A stretch of 64,000 bases of DNA from Pyrinomonadaceae bacterium (GCA_036006355.1 DASYPT010000100.1:5724-69723); one strand, 5' to 3'; shown: positions 41,219 to 49,625, counted from the first letter of the stretch. A program made the numbers and translations. The notes: generated from the sequence alone by a model not told the origin.

Positions 41219-42181
41219 ATGACCCTGCGCACCCCTTTCATTAACGACGTGGGCCGACTACGAAGCGGCTGGCGGATAGTAATTTTCATCGTTGTATTTC
41301 TGAGCGCTATCAAGATTTCAGATCTGATGGTGCTACGGATCAACTGGGGTGGCATTCCTCATGGCCATCAACTGTTAGACCTTTTCGCACGTATTTTTCT
41401 TTTGCTGTCATCATTAGTTGCGGGCTATTTGTGCTCACGCATCATCGAAGACCTTCCCTGGCGATCGCTTGGTCTAGCATTCACGACGCGCTGGTTTTAT
41501 GACTTGGTGGTCGGCTCTATCATAGGTTTCCTTTCCCTCTGTTTAGCCGTCGCAATTGCCGCCGCAGCAGGTGGCCTAAAGTTTACCTTCAGCACCGCTG
41601 ATGTCTTTTGGCCAACAATACGAGCTGTCGTTGGAACCGGCTTGGTCTTCATAATTGCCGCGCTTGCTGAAGAGGCAGTGTTCAGGGGTTATCCACTGCA
41701 GACTCTCTCGCGGGCAAGATTAGCGTGGCTCGGAGTTCTGCTCACGTCAGTGCCCTTTGCTTTGGCTCACTTCTGGAATCCAAACATTGTGCGCGGTGTG
41801 ACTTTTGCCAATACGGCGCTGGCGGGTGTCTGGCTCGCCGTCGCCTACCTGCGAACGCGCAATCTTTGGTTCCCGCTGGGCGTTCACTGGGGCTGGAATT
41901 GGGCACTCGGTTCGATTTTTGGTCTGCCAGTCAGTGGCCTGACATTGCTGTCTAATCCATTGATGTACGGAAAAGACTTCGGACCTAGATGGTTGACGGG
42001 TGGCAATTACGGGATCGAAGGTGGCGTTGCAGGAACGCTGGCAATTGTCGCGTCGATATTGTTCCTATGGCGAACGAAAATCATTTCGGCAGATCCGGAA
42101 TTGTTGAAGTTAACTTCCCAGGAAAACCCTGTCCGAGGTAATCAGCCACAGATAAAAACGGATGACACGGATCAGATTTGA
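41219..42181 (+). CDS. CPBP family intramembrane glutamic endopeptidase (CAAX protease-like)
   Basis: EEAVFRGY and FALAHFWN motifs, in a polytopic protein. Confidence 0.85.
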   Translation: MTLRTPFINDVGRLRSGWRIVIFIVVFLSAIKISDLMVLRINWGGIPHGHQLLDLFARIFLLLSSLVAGYLCSRIIEDLPWRSLGLAFTTRWFYDLVVGSIIGFLSLCLAVAIAAAAGGLKFTFSTADVFWPTIRAVVGTGLVFIIAALAEEAVFRGYPLQTLSRARLAWLGVLLTSVPFALAHFWNPNIVRGVTFANTALAGVWLAVAYLRTRNLWFPLGVHWGWNWALGSIFGLPVSGLTLLSNPLMYGKDFGPRWLTGGNYGIEGGVAGTLAIVASILFLWRTKIISADPELLKLTSQENPVRGNQPQIKTDDTDQI

Positions 42182-42292
42182 GCTTTGTCAATTGTCAATT
42201 TTCGATTTGCATAGGACCTATTCGACCTCTAGGACCTATGCTGCTTGCTGATTACTACTAGTCAAAATCGAAATTTGGCAATTGACAAAGCT
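42181..42292. repeat. family E element copy 4
   Basis: Arms AGCTTTGTCAATTGTCAATTTTCGATTTGC / GTCAAAATCGAAATTTGGCAATTGACAAAGCT. Core at 42211-42240 is ATAGGACCT ATTCGACCT CTAGGACCT. Confidence 0.88.
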
Positions 42293-42351
42293 CCAATCTG
42301 ATCTGTGTTAGTTCTGTTAACAATCTCCGTCCCTCTCCCGTCTTAATCGGT

Positions 42352-42380
42352 GTCAAAACGCTGCTCGAAAACGAGCGTCA
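42352..42380 (+). promoter_or_regulatory. candidate ECF-type promoter (AAC-N16-CGTC)
   Basis: GTCAAAAC-gctgctcgaaaacgag-CGTCAA about 75 nt upstream of the ECF sigma start. The spacing fits the generic ECF -35 AAC / -10 CGT pattern. This rests on the motif alone. Confidence 0.3.
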
Positions 42381-42451
42381 ACCGATCTTCCTACAGTGTT
42401 TTGACGTTTCAAGGAGTTCAGCCGGCACCGTGAACCGCATTGAGGCGACGA

Positions 42452-43036
42452 ATGTTCGAGCTTGAAGCGACAGCAGACATGCTTTTACCGACCCCGCAAG
42501 CGAAAGCGTCGACTGACACGCCGGAGACCAGAATCGAAGTAGTACTGGTTAAGGCTGTGCTCGACGGGGATCGCGACTCTTTCGGCCGGCTTTACGAACT
42601 ATACGCTCCCATGGTTCACGGCATCTTGCTCGCTCGTATTCCGCGCAGTGAAGTGGACGATCTCGTCCAGGACATCTTTCTTCACGCTTTTCGAAAGCTT
42701 CACACGTTGCGCGATTGGGCAGCTTTTGGACCCTGGATAGCAATGATTGCCCGTAATCGGGCGATGGACTTCTACCGGCGTACGAAAGAGACAGTCGAGG
42801 TCACGGAAGATCTGCGAAGTACGGATATGCAGACGTCGAGGGCGAATGAAATTCTTGAGTTAATACGCGCATTGCCCGAAGCGTATCGAGAGACTTTGAT
42901 TTTGCGACTTGTCGAAGGCATGACTGGCCCTGAGATCGCGGCCCGAACTGGATTAACTCCTGCTTCGGTTCGAGTGAATCTTCATAGGGGAATGAAACAA
43001 TTACGGAAAAAGCTCGGTTATGCGGAGGGCTTATGA
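42452..43036 (+). CDS. ECF-type RNA polymerase sigma-70 factor
   Basis: Region 2 is DLVQDIFLHAF and region 4 is EIAARTGLTPASVRVNLHRGMKQLR. ATG 42452 has GAGG 6 nt upstream. Confidence 0.88.
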   Translation: MFELEATADMLLPTPQAKASTDTPETRIEVVLVKAVLDGDRDSFGRLYELYAPMVHGILLARIPRSEVDDLVQDIFLHAFRKLHTLRDWAAFGPWIAMIARNRAMDFYRRTKETVEVTEDLRSTDMQTSRANEILELIRALPEAYRETLILRLVEGMTGPEIAARTGLTPASVRVNLHRGMKQLRKKLGYAEGL

Positions 43037-43581
43037 ACGAAGAGTACTTGTGGGACAAGAGCGGTAAGCCAGATCCAGAGATACAAGAACTGGAGCAGAT
43101 CCTGGGAGCGTTGCGTTATCAACCAAAACCTTTGGATCTGACTGATGAACTTCAACCGCGTTCTCGCCACCGGTATCTGCCGCTGATCGCGATCGCAGCG
43201 ACGTTGCTTATTGCATTGATCGCTGGTGCGCTGTGGTTGCGGGTAAGAACCAGGACGGTCCCGCAACTCAATAACGTGCGGATTGAGTCGCCAAAGCGTC
43301 AGCAAGAAATTCCAAATATCAATGACAAGAAGACAAACGACTTCCTTGCAACTGCTACTGGTAAACCCAGTCGTGAGCCACGACCGAAAGTAAAGGAAAT
43401 CAAACACTCCCGACCGCTGGAAGCGTCCAACATGACGGCAAGCGAACGCCAGCAAGCATTGGAAGCAAAAGAACAACTGATGATTGCGCTGCGCCTTACC
43501 AGTGAAAAACTGAATCTCGCGCATCGAAAAGCCCAGGGATCATCACCAAACCAAATTCGCAATCAACATAAAGTAGGATGA
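43033..43581 (+). CDS. single-pass anti-sigma factor (by context)
   Basis: ATGA overlap with the sigma gene. The N-terminus is YLWDKSGKPDPEIQELEQIL, followed by one TM helix (YLPLIAIAATLLIALIAGALWL). Confidence 0.6.
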   Translation: MNEEYLWDKSGKPDPEIQELEQILGALRYQPKPLDLTDELQPRSRHRYLPLIAIAATLLIALIAGALWLRVRTRTVPQLNNVRIESPKRQQEIPNINDKKTNDFLATATGKPSREPRPKVKEIKHSRPLEASNMTASERQQALEAKEQLMIALRLTSEKLNLAHRKAQGSSPNQIRNQHKVG

Positions 43582-44171
43582 ATGGAGCAAGTATGAAATT
43601 ACTCTTCCACAGAATATCGAGAGCCTTACTCATATCCGCGTTGTTTGTGGTCACAACAACGATCACAATCCACGCTCAGGATCCGAGGATCCGCATGGCT
43701 CCTCTCGACCACCTTTCGACGAAAGCGTCTGAAACAGTGGACGTAAATATCGACGAGCGCTTGATTCAACTGGCTGCAAAACTCTTCAACGATAAAGATG
43801 AAGATGAGGCGAAAATCAAGAAGCTGGTGAACGGTCTCAAGGGGATCTACGTCAAAAGCTTCGAGTTCGATAACGAAAACGACTACTCCTCTGCTGATGT
43901 GGATTCCATTCGCTCACAGTTACGCGAGCCAGCCTGGAGTCGACTCGTGAATGTCACGAGCAAACGGGATGGAATCGTTGAGGTTTACGTCGCATTGAAC
44001 GGACCAGACGTTCTTGGACTCACAGTCTTAAGCGCAGAGCCTAAAGAACTAACCATAGTAAACATCGTCGGTCCAGTTGATCTGGAGAAGCTGGCCAAGC
44101 TCCAAGGCAATCTGAATATTCCCGACCTGGGGATCGAACCAAGCAAGACCAAGATAAAAAACGAGCAGTGA
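43578..44171 (+). CDS. exported protein, DUF4252-like
   Basis: ATGA overlap with the anti-sigma stop (alternative ATG 43593). It has a signal peptide. The pattern ...GIYVKSFEF...W..LVNV...G.VEVYV...GLTVLSAEPKELTIVNIVG.VDL matches my recollection of DUF4252. Confidence 0.55.
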   Translation: MNGASMKLLFHRISRALLISALFVVTTTITIHAQDPRIRMAPLDHLSTKASETVDVNIDERLIQLAAKLFNDKDEDEAKIKKLVNGLKGIYVKSFEFDNENDYSSADVDSIRSQLREPAWSRLVNVTSKRDGIVEVYVALNGPDVLGLTVLSAEPKELTIVNIVGPVDLEKLAKLQGNLNIPDLGIEPSKTKIKNEQ

Positions 44172-44180
44172 GGTTTGTCA

Positions 44181-44729
44181 ATGAAACGCTCTACAACCAA
44201 AAAGCTCGTAACCGGACTCCTCGCTGTAACGCTATGGTCGACTATCTCCTTCGCGAAAGGCGATGACTTCAACTCCGTCGTGAAAATCATCGAGGAGTTT
44301 TACAACGTCAAGCACGAAGGTATTCCCTTCCTGGCGAAAGCCGCGATGAAGGCAGTTGGTGTTGGAGCAAAGATCAAAGGGGGCGACGCCAAACGATTTG
44401 CAGAGGCCGGCAGCATTAAGTTAGCCACATTTGAGAATCAAGAGTTCAAAGGCGACTTCATTAAGTTTCGTCAAACGCTTAACGATTCTCTAACTCAGAC
44501 CTGGGTGCCGTTGATTCAGACTCTGGCAGCTCCGGATCACGAACAGTGTTACATCTTTGTCAGAGAGAACGGCGACAAATTCAGGGTGCTGGTTGTGACG
44601 ATCGAACCACACGATGCGACCGTTGTTCAGGCAACCGTGTCGCCAAAGAACCTTGCCTTACTGATGAAGGATCCTGAAGAAGGTGCAAAGGCAATAACTC
44701 AGGAAGCAACAATCAATGATCAGGAATAA
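44181..44729 (+). CDS. second exported protein, possibly DUF4252-like
   Basis: It has a signal peptide, and its size and C-terminal pattern are similar (W.PLIQT...CYIFVRENGDKFRVLVVTIEPHDATVV). Confidence 0.45.
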   Translation: MKRSTTKKLVTGLLAVTLWSTISFAKGDDFNSVVKIIEEFYNVKHEGIPFLAKAAMKAVGVGAKIKGGDAKRFAEAGSIKLATFENQEFKGDFIKFRQTLNDSLTQTWVPLIQTLAAPDHEQCYIFVRENGDKFRVLVVTIEPHDATVVQATVSPKNLALLMKDPEEGAKAITQEATINDQE

Positions 44730-46137
44730 GGTGAAGCACATGGAATCTCGGCAACTCAACTCGATGCAGACATCGACGCAAGGGCGTAAAGCCACGGACA
44801 CAACTCGACTACACCGCTCTCTCAATAACGGGTCAAGTCCATCACAACCGTTGTTCCGTGGCTTTGCGCCTTTGCGTCTTTGTCTGACGATCCTTCTTGT
44901 CGGCTTGTCGTGCGTCTCAGCAATGGGACAGGAAGTTGAAGATACGATTCGCATCAAGACGCGAGTCGTTTTTCTGGACGCTCTGGTCAAAGACAAAAAA
45001 ACAAATCTGCCGATTTCGACTCTTGCGCAGGAAAATTTCGAAGTACTAGACAACGGCAAGACACGAGCTATCTCCTACTTCACACGCGAAGGACAAGCAC
45101 GAAAACCGTTGGCGTTAATCCTCATCCTCGATTTGCGCGACGACGGCGCCGGTCGATTTCTCAAGAGGCCCGAAATCATCAAGGCGATGGAAGAGCAACT
45201 GGCCAAACTTCCGGTCGGAGATGAAGTAGCGATTATGGCGATGGACTTTAGTGAAGATGAAAAGCGAATTTGGGTGACACAATTCACGAACGAACGAAGC
45301 AAGATTGCCGAGGCGTTAGCGCAAGTACAATCGATGTGTGCATCACATCCGGAGAACCCGGGAGAGCGCGCCGCTCAAGACAAGCAGGCAGCTGCGGGGA
45401 ACGAACAAGCAGCGAAAGAGATCAAGGAAGCTGCTGATTCGAAAGATCCTTCGACCGATCCGAAGGCGATCGTTTCAACCGAAGTTATCAAAGGAAAGAA
45501 CGGAACGTTGACGCGCAGAATCAGACGCGACGGCAGTAGTGACATAACCCGAACGAACAAGAAAGGTAACGTGACGATCGAGATGGACGATATTTACGAT
45601 ATGGCATCTGCGATACAAGATGCCTCTCAGCAGGCGCAAGTGATGCGCCCGAACTCCCAGCTATCGATCGTCTGGATATCGGATGGGATTGCTCCAATCT
45701 TCTTTGAAGACCGTGAAGCGAGCGAACAGGCGTTAATTCGGAGCAATGTTATCTTCAACTCACTTACCGTCGAATTGCGCACGCTGTTCAAGTTTTTAAT
45801 GCCCATCGGGAAACCGATAGCTGGATGGATGGGAATTAGTCTTTACGGGAGTGCCAAGTATCTCGCTCAACAATCCGGCGGCGAAGCTGTCAAGGTAGGT
45901 AGTCCGAAAGATTACGGCACTGGTCTGGCACGCATCATCGGCAATCTGACGGCAAGGTACAGTCTTGGTTTCGCCCTGGCAGAAGATGAAATGGACGATG
46001 GGAAAATGCATTCGCTCGAAGTGCGAGTGAAAGCGAAAGACGAAAAGGGAAAGAACCGAAAACTGTTGGTGAGTTCCCGACAGGGATATTACATGTCGAG
46101 TGTAGGCCCGAAAGACACCGCAGCAAAGGCGCAGTAG
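44716..46137 (+). CDS. VWFA-related Acidobacterial-domain protein (TIGR03436-like)
   Basis: IRIKTRVVFLDALVKDKKTNLPISTLAQENFEVLDNGKTRAISYF...PLALILILD fits the family N-terminal pattern. The MIDAS position reads DLRDD rather than DxSxS. The alternative start is ATG 44740. Confidence 0.7.
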   Translation: MIRNKVKHMESRQLNSMQTSTQGRKATDTTRLHRSLNNGSSPSQPLFRGFAPLRLCLTILLVGLSCVSAMGQEVEDTIRIKTRVVFLDALVKDKKTNLPISTLAQENFEVLDNGKTRAISYFTREGQARKPLALILILDLRDDGAGRFLKRPEIIKAMEEQLAKLPVGDEVAIMAMDFSEDEKRIWVTQFTNERSKIAEALAQVQSMCASHPENPGERAAQDKQAAAGNEQAAKEIKEAADSKDPSTDPKAIVSTEVIKGKNGTLTRRIRRDGSSDITRTNKKGNVTIEMDDIYDMASAIQDASQQAQVMRPNSQLSIVWISDGIAPIFFEDREASEQALIRSNVIFNSLTVELRTLFKFLMPIGKPIAGWMGISLYGSAKYLAQQSGGEAVKVGSPKDYGTGLARIIGNLTARYSLGFALAEDEMDDGKMHSLEVRVKAKDEKGKNRKLLVSSRQGYYMSSVGPKDTAAKAQ

Positions 46138-46138
46138 A

Positions 46139-46436
46139 GTCCGATATGCGTCTGTCTTGTCGTGAGTACACCACCAGGCTTTAGCCGGTGGTACTTGAAC
46201 TTCATAACTACAAAGATGGGGAAAAACGTTGGGACACCACCGGGCTTTAGCCGGTGGTATTTCAATTTCATAGCTACTCCTTTGGAAGATCTGAGTGTAG
46301 CTCAGAAGTTGAAGTACCACCGGCTAAAGCCTGGTGGTGTCCCAACGTTTTTCCCCATCTTTGTAGTTGTGAAATTCAGGGACCACCGGCTAAAGCCCGG
46401 TGGTGTGAGGCACGACAAGACAGACGCATATCGGAC
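46139..46436. repeat. family B copy 3: 298-bp nested palindrome
   Basis: Ends GTCCGATATGCGTCTGTCTTGTCGTG / CACGACAAGACAGACGCATATCGGAC. The arms are about 140 bp and about 90% complementary. It carries four internal CACCACCRGGCTTTAGCCGGTGGTA mini-hairpins. Confidence 0.92.
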
Positions 46437-46437
46437 A

Positions 46438-47589
46438 CTATCGAACGTCAATTGGAACGTACTTCACGTTGCGTGGACCAACGTATTCAGCCCGAGGTCG
46501 GATCAACTTGTTGTCGGCATACTGCTCGAGGATGTGTGCAGTCCAACCCGTGATGCGACTGACTGCGAAGATCGGGGTAAAGAGATCCAGTGGAATGTCC
46601 ATCATGTAGTACGTTGATGCGGAGAAGAAATCGACGTTTGGATACAGTCCCTTCTCGCGCATCATCACTTCTTCTACTTTGCGCGACATTTCGTACCACT
46701 TGGTGTTTCCAGCACGCTCCCCCATTTCCTGGGAGAACTTTCGCAAGTGTGTAGCCCGCGGATCCTCCGTCTTGTAAACGGCATGACCAAATCCCATCAT
46801 CTTTCGCTTCTCCGCCAGCGCTCGCTTCACAAAGGTCTCAACGTTGTCCAACTCGCCGATTTCGAGCAACGTCTTCATAACGGCGGTATTCGCGCCGCCA
46901 TGTAATGGACCTGACAACGCACCGATTGCCGCAACCACGGATGCATAAACTGTGGCCAGTGTTCCGGCCACTACGCGAGCCGTAAACGTCGAAGCATTTA
47001 GCTCGTGATCTGCGTGCAAAATGAGGCAAACGTCGAACAGCTTTGCATCGTGTTCAGAGGGCATTTCGCCCTTGAGCATATAAAGAAAGTTGGTTGCGAC
47101 ATTGGCGTTCCGCAAAGGATCAATGGGATCTTTCCCATTCCGAATACGATCAATTGCGGCAACGAGCGTTGCGAATTGACCGGTGAGTTTGGTTGCAATC
47201 TCTCGACTATTAGCGTTCGAGATGTCGCGGGCGGTTTTGTCGTACGATTCAAGCGCTGACACAGCTGTACGCAGCGTGTCAATTGGATCTGAATCACGCG
47301 GGATCTGCTTAATCACATCAAACACTTCGCGGGGTACTGCGTAGGTTTCGCCGAACCGTTGCTTCAGCTGATCCAATTCAGTGCGATTCGGAAGTCGTTT
47401 GTTCCACAACAGAAAAGCTACTTCTTCAAAGGTTGAGTGCGCGGCTAAATCGTGAATGTTGTAACCCTGGAATATCAGCTCGCCTTTGTCGCCAACGACG
47501 TCGGAAACTGTTGAGGCTCCGACTACAACTCCTCGGAGACCGGTCGCTGCTGCAGTAGCACTGGGAGTGTCTTTCACAGTATCTGGCAT
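46438..47589 (-). CDS. gltA: citrate synthase
   Basis: 383 aa. Contains GPLHGGAN and MGFGHAVYKTEDPRA. Confidence 0.92.
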   Translation of the reverse strand: MPDTVKDTPSATAAATGLRGVVVGASTVSDVVGDKGELIFQGYNIHDLAAHSTFEEVAFLLWNKRLPNRTELDQLKQRFGETYAVPREVFDVIKQIPRDSDPIDTLRTAVSALESYDKTARDISNANSREIATKLTGQFATLVAAIDRIRNGKDPIDPLRNANVATNFLYMLKGEMPSEHDAKLFDVCLILHADHELNASTFTARVVAGTLATVYASVVAAIGALSGPLHGGANTAVMKTLLEIGELDNVETFVKRALAEKRKMMGFGHAVYKTEDPRATHLRKFSQEMGERAGNTKWYEMSRKVEEVMMREKGLYPNVDFFSASTYYMMDIPLDLFTPIFAVSRITGWTAHILEQYADNKLIRPRAEYVGPRNVKYVPIDVR

Positions 47590-47646
47590 AAAGTTTCAGT
47601 GTGAGGCGAAGATAACAAACAGGTACGATAGAAACAAGCGAGCGCG

Positions 47647-47760
47647 CTTTGGAGTGCGACGGCCTGCCGTCGCTATATTACCAGCGCTAATCGCAGAATA
47701 TGGCACCGTATAAGTTAGTGTCTCTGTAACAAAGCGACGGCAGGCTGTCGCACTCCAAAG
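47647..47760. repeat. family C palindrome copy 1
   Basis: CTTTGGAGTGCGACGGCCTGCCGTCGCT ... AGCGACGGCAGGCTGTCGCACTCCAAAG. It ends 3 nt from the stop of 47764..48624. Confidence 0.9.
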
Positions 47761-47763
47761 CAA

Positions 47764-48624
47764 TCAACCATCAAATTCCACTGCGACTGAATCACCACGT
47801 TTGGCCTTTAACATTTTGGCTGCGGATCGATTCCGTGCGGAGATTTCGAGGAAACCGGCACTCCCCCAAAGCGCAAATAGCTTGTGACCGTGTCCTTCTG
47901 AATAGGAACTCTGCACTGATTGAGTTTTCCTTCCATTTACCAACAGCACCACTCTCTGTTCTTCCAGTCCGTTGAAAGACTGACGATCAAGATTAGTCAC
48001 GCAGTTCCCGAAACGGTCGATGTGAATAATCCGTCCTTTTAACTTCCCTCTTTTGGTGACCTCAGGTGTCAAGGCTTTGAGCCGAACTTCATCTCGAATC
48101 TCCGGGCCAAACGATTCAAGCGAAACTCCGCGGGACAGCTCAGCAGCAACTGGGGCAAAGACGTCCCGTCCATGAAATGTCTTACTGACCGGATGTCGAA
48201 AATATTCTTCGGCGGTTATGTGGATGATTCGACGACTCGTCTCCTGGTCAAAAATGTAGCTGAAGATTCCGTTATCTGGTCCAACAAAATAATAGTTCCC
48301 TGCTTTCGCCAAGATCGGGCGACGAGAGGAACCGACGCCCGGATCAACGACGGCAAGGTGAATTGTTCCGTTCTGAAAGGAGCGATAACAAGCAAGGAGC
48401 GTAAACGCAGCCTCCTCGATATCGTGTGGCGAAATCTGATGACTGATGTCGATGATGTATGCGGTGGGATTGATCGAAAGGATCACGCCTCTGACTGCTC
48501 CGACGTAGTAGTCAGATGTTCCGAAGTCAGTAAGTAAGGTGATCTGTTCAGAAGTAGAAACAGGGAGACGGCCAGACCGTGCTCCCTGTTTAATTCCCCT
48601 TGAAGACTCTTTTGGATCGTTCAC
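47764..48624 (-). CDS. SAM hydrolase (adenosine-forming), DUF62 / chlorinase-fluorinase superfamily
   Basis: Contains LLTDFGTSDYYVGAVRGVI, VVDPGVGSSRRPI, GPDNG and HGRDVFAPVAA. Confidence 0.85.
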   Translation of the reverse strand: MNDPKESSRGIKQGARSGRLPVSTSEQITLLTDFGTSDYYVGAVRGVILSINPTAYIIDISHQISPHDIEEAAFTLLACYRSFQNGTIHLAVVDPGVGSSRRPILAKAGNYYFVGPDNGIFSYIFDQETSRRIIHITAEEYFRHPVSKTFHGRDVFAPVAAELSRGVSLESFGPEIRDEVRLKALTPEVTKRGKLKGRIIHIDRFGNCVTNLDRQSFNGLEEQRVVLLVNGRKTQSVQSSYSEGHGHKLFALWGSAGFLEISARNRSAAKMLKAKRGDSVAVEFDG

Positions 48625-49625
48625 AGAGCGCCTGTGTCAGTTGAAGTGCGAATTTTCAACTGCTGACCTTGCTCAAGTCGGATATCTTTGCCTCGCTGAG
48701 TCATGGTCCCAGCAGTTCCGGCGCCACCACCGATGATGGCACCGATCGCAGCTCCTTTTCCTCCACCTGCAATGGCACCGATGATCGCACCTACACCTGA
48801 TGCAGCTCCAATTTTCGCAGCATCGTCCTTGGTGGAATCCTGTCCGCGAACTCCGCCTTCCGGATCAACATCGGTACGGCTATCAGAGTTTAGCGGCACT
48901 ATTTCCATTAGCTCGGCATGAAGAGTAGCCGTGCGGTTGTCGGGAGTCCGAATTTGATCGAACGACAACTGCAGTTCAGCGACTCCTTTTACTTTGCCGG
49001 GCCGCTTAACCTGAGATAGATGCCCCTCAACGATATAGCCAGCAAATTGTGCCGGCTGAACTACCCGTGCTTTGAACGGGTCGTTACGCTGCGAGGCGTC
49101 TGTGGAAATACTCGTCAAGAGTTCCAGCGACAGAATTGTGTTTCGCGGAATTCCTAAAGAGGCGTTGGCTGTGACGTTGCTATCCGGATTATCTGCTGGT
49201 TGTGTTCCTTGGTCAGTCCGAACCGTAACTCCCGTGTCTGCCGGTGCGGGTGCACTGGACTGACGTCTCCGTAGACCAGTCGGAATGGTTGAATCGAATT
49301 GCTGATGGTCATAGCCACCGGCGTAACCTAATTCAAAACCCTGCTGATAACCATCCCGATAGTCCTCAATTGGACCCCAGGCGTCATTAAATGAGCGGTC
49401 AGCTCGCTGATATTCCTCTTTGCCTTTGTAATCGCGCGCAGCGTGATCATTAATGTCCTTATACCCAGCGGTATAACCATCCGAGTATCCGGTCCGGTAA
49501 CCCCGCTCCAGCGCGGTTGATTGCGCCTGGCTAACTGCAAAGTGAGCGTTCGAGACCGGAATGCTTACAAATCCGGCCAGAACAAAGCTAAGTACACTTA
49601 CAAGGGGAATCTTGATGTGGTTCAT
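48621..49625 (-). CDS. exported Tyr/Gly-rich protein with C-terminal glycine-zipper
   Basis: It has a signal peptide, GYxxGY repeats, and a C-terminal GAASGVGAIIGAIAGGGKGAAIGAIIGGGAGTAG. It overlaps the downstream start by 4 nt. Confidence 0.55.
   Translation of the reverse strand: MNHIKIPLVSVLSFVLAGFVSIPVSNAHFAVSQAQSTALERGYRTGYSDGYTAGYKDINDHAARDYKGKEEYQRADRSFNDAWGPIEDYRDGYQQGFELGYAGGYDHQQFDSTIPTGLRRRQSSAPAPADTGVTVRTDQGTQPADNPDSNVTANASLGIPRNTILSLELLTSISTDASQRNDPFKARVVQPAQFAGYIVEGHLSQVKRPGKVKGVAELQLSFDQIRTPDNRTATLHAELMEIVPLNSDSRTDVDPEGGVRGQDSTKDDAAKIGAASGVGAIIGAIAGGGKGAAIGAIIGGGAGTAGTMTQRGKDIRLEQGQQLKIRTSTDTGAL

Noticed and set aside
45796-46617. ORFs 45796..46320, 46089..46271, 46162..46617 and 46254..46553 encoding repeated KYHRLKPGGV / PPGFSRWY peptides.
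   Set aside because: They are six-frame translations of the 298-bp nested palindrome and read symmetrically on both strands. They are not genes.
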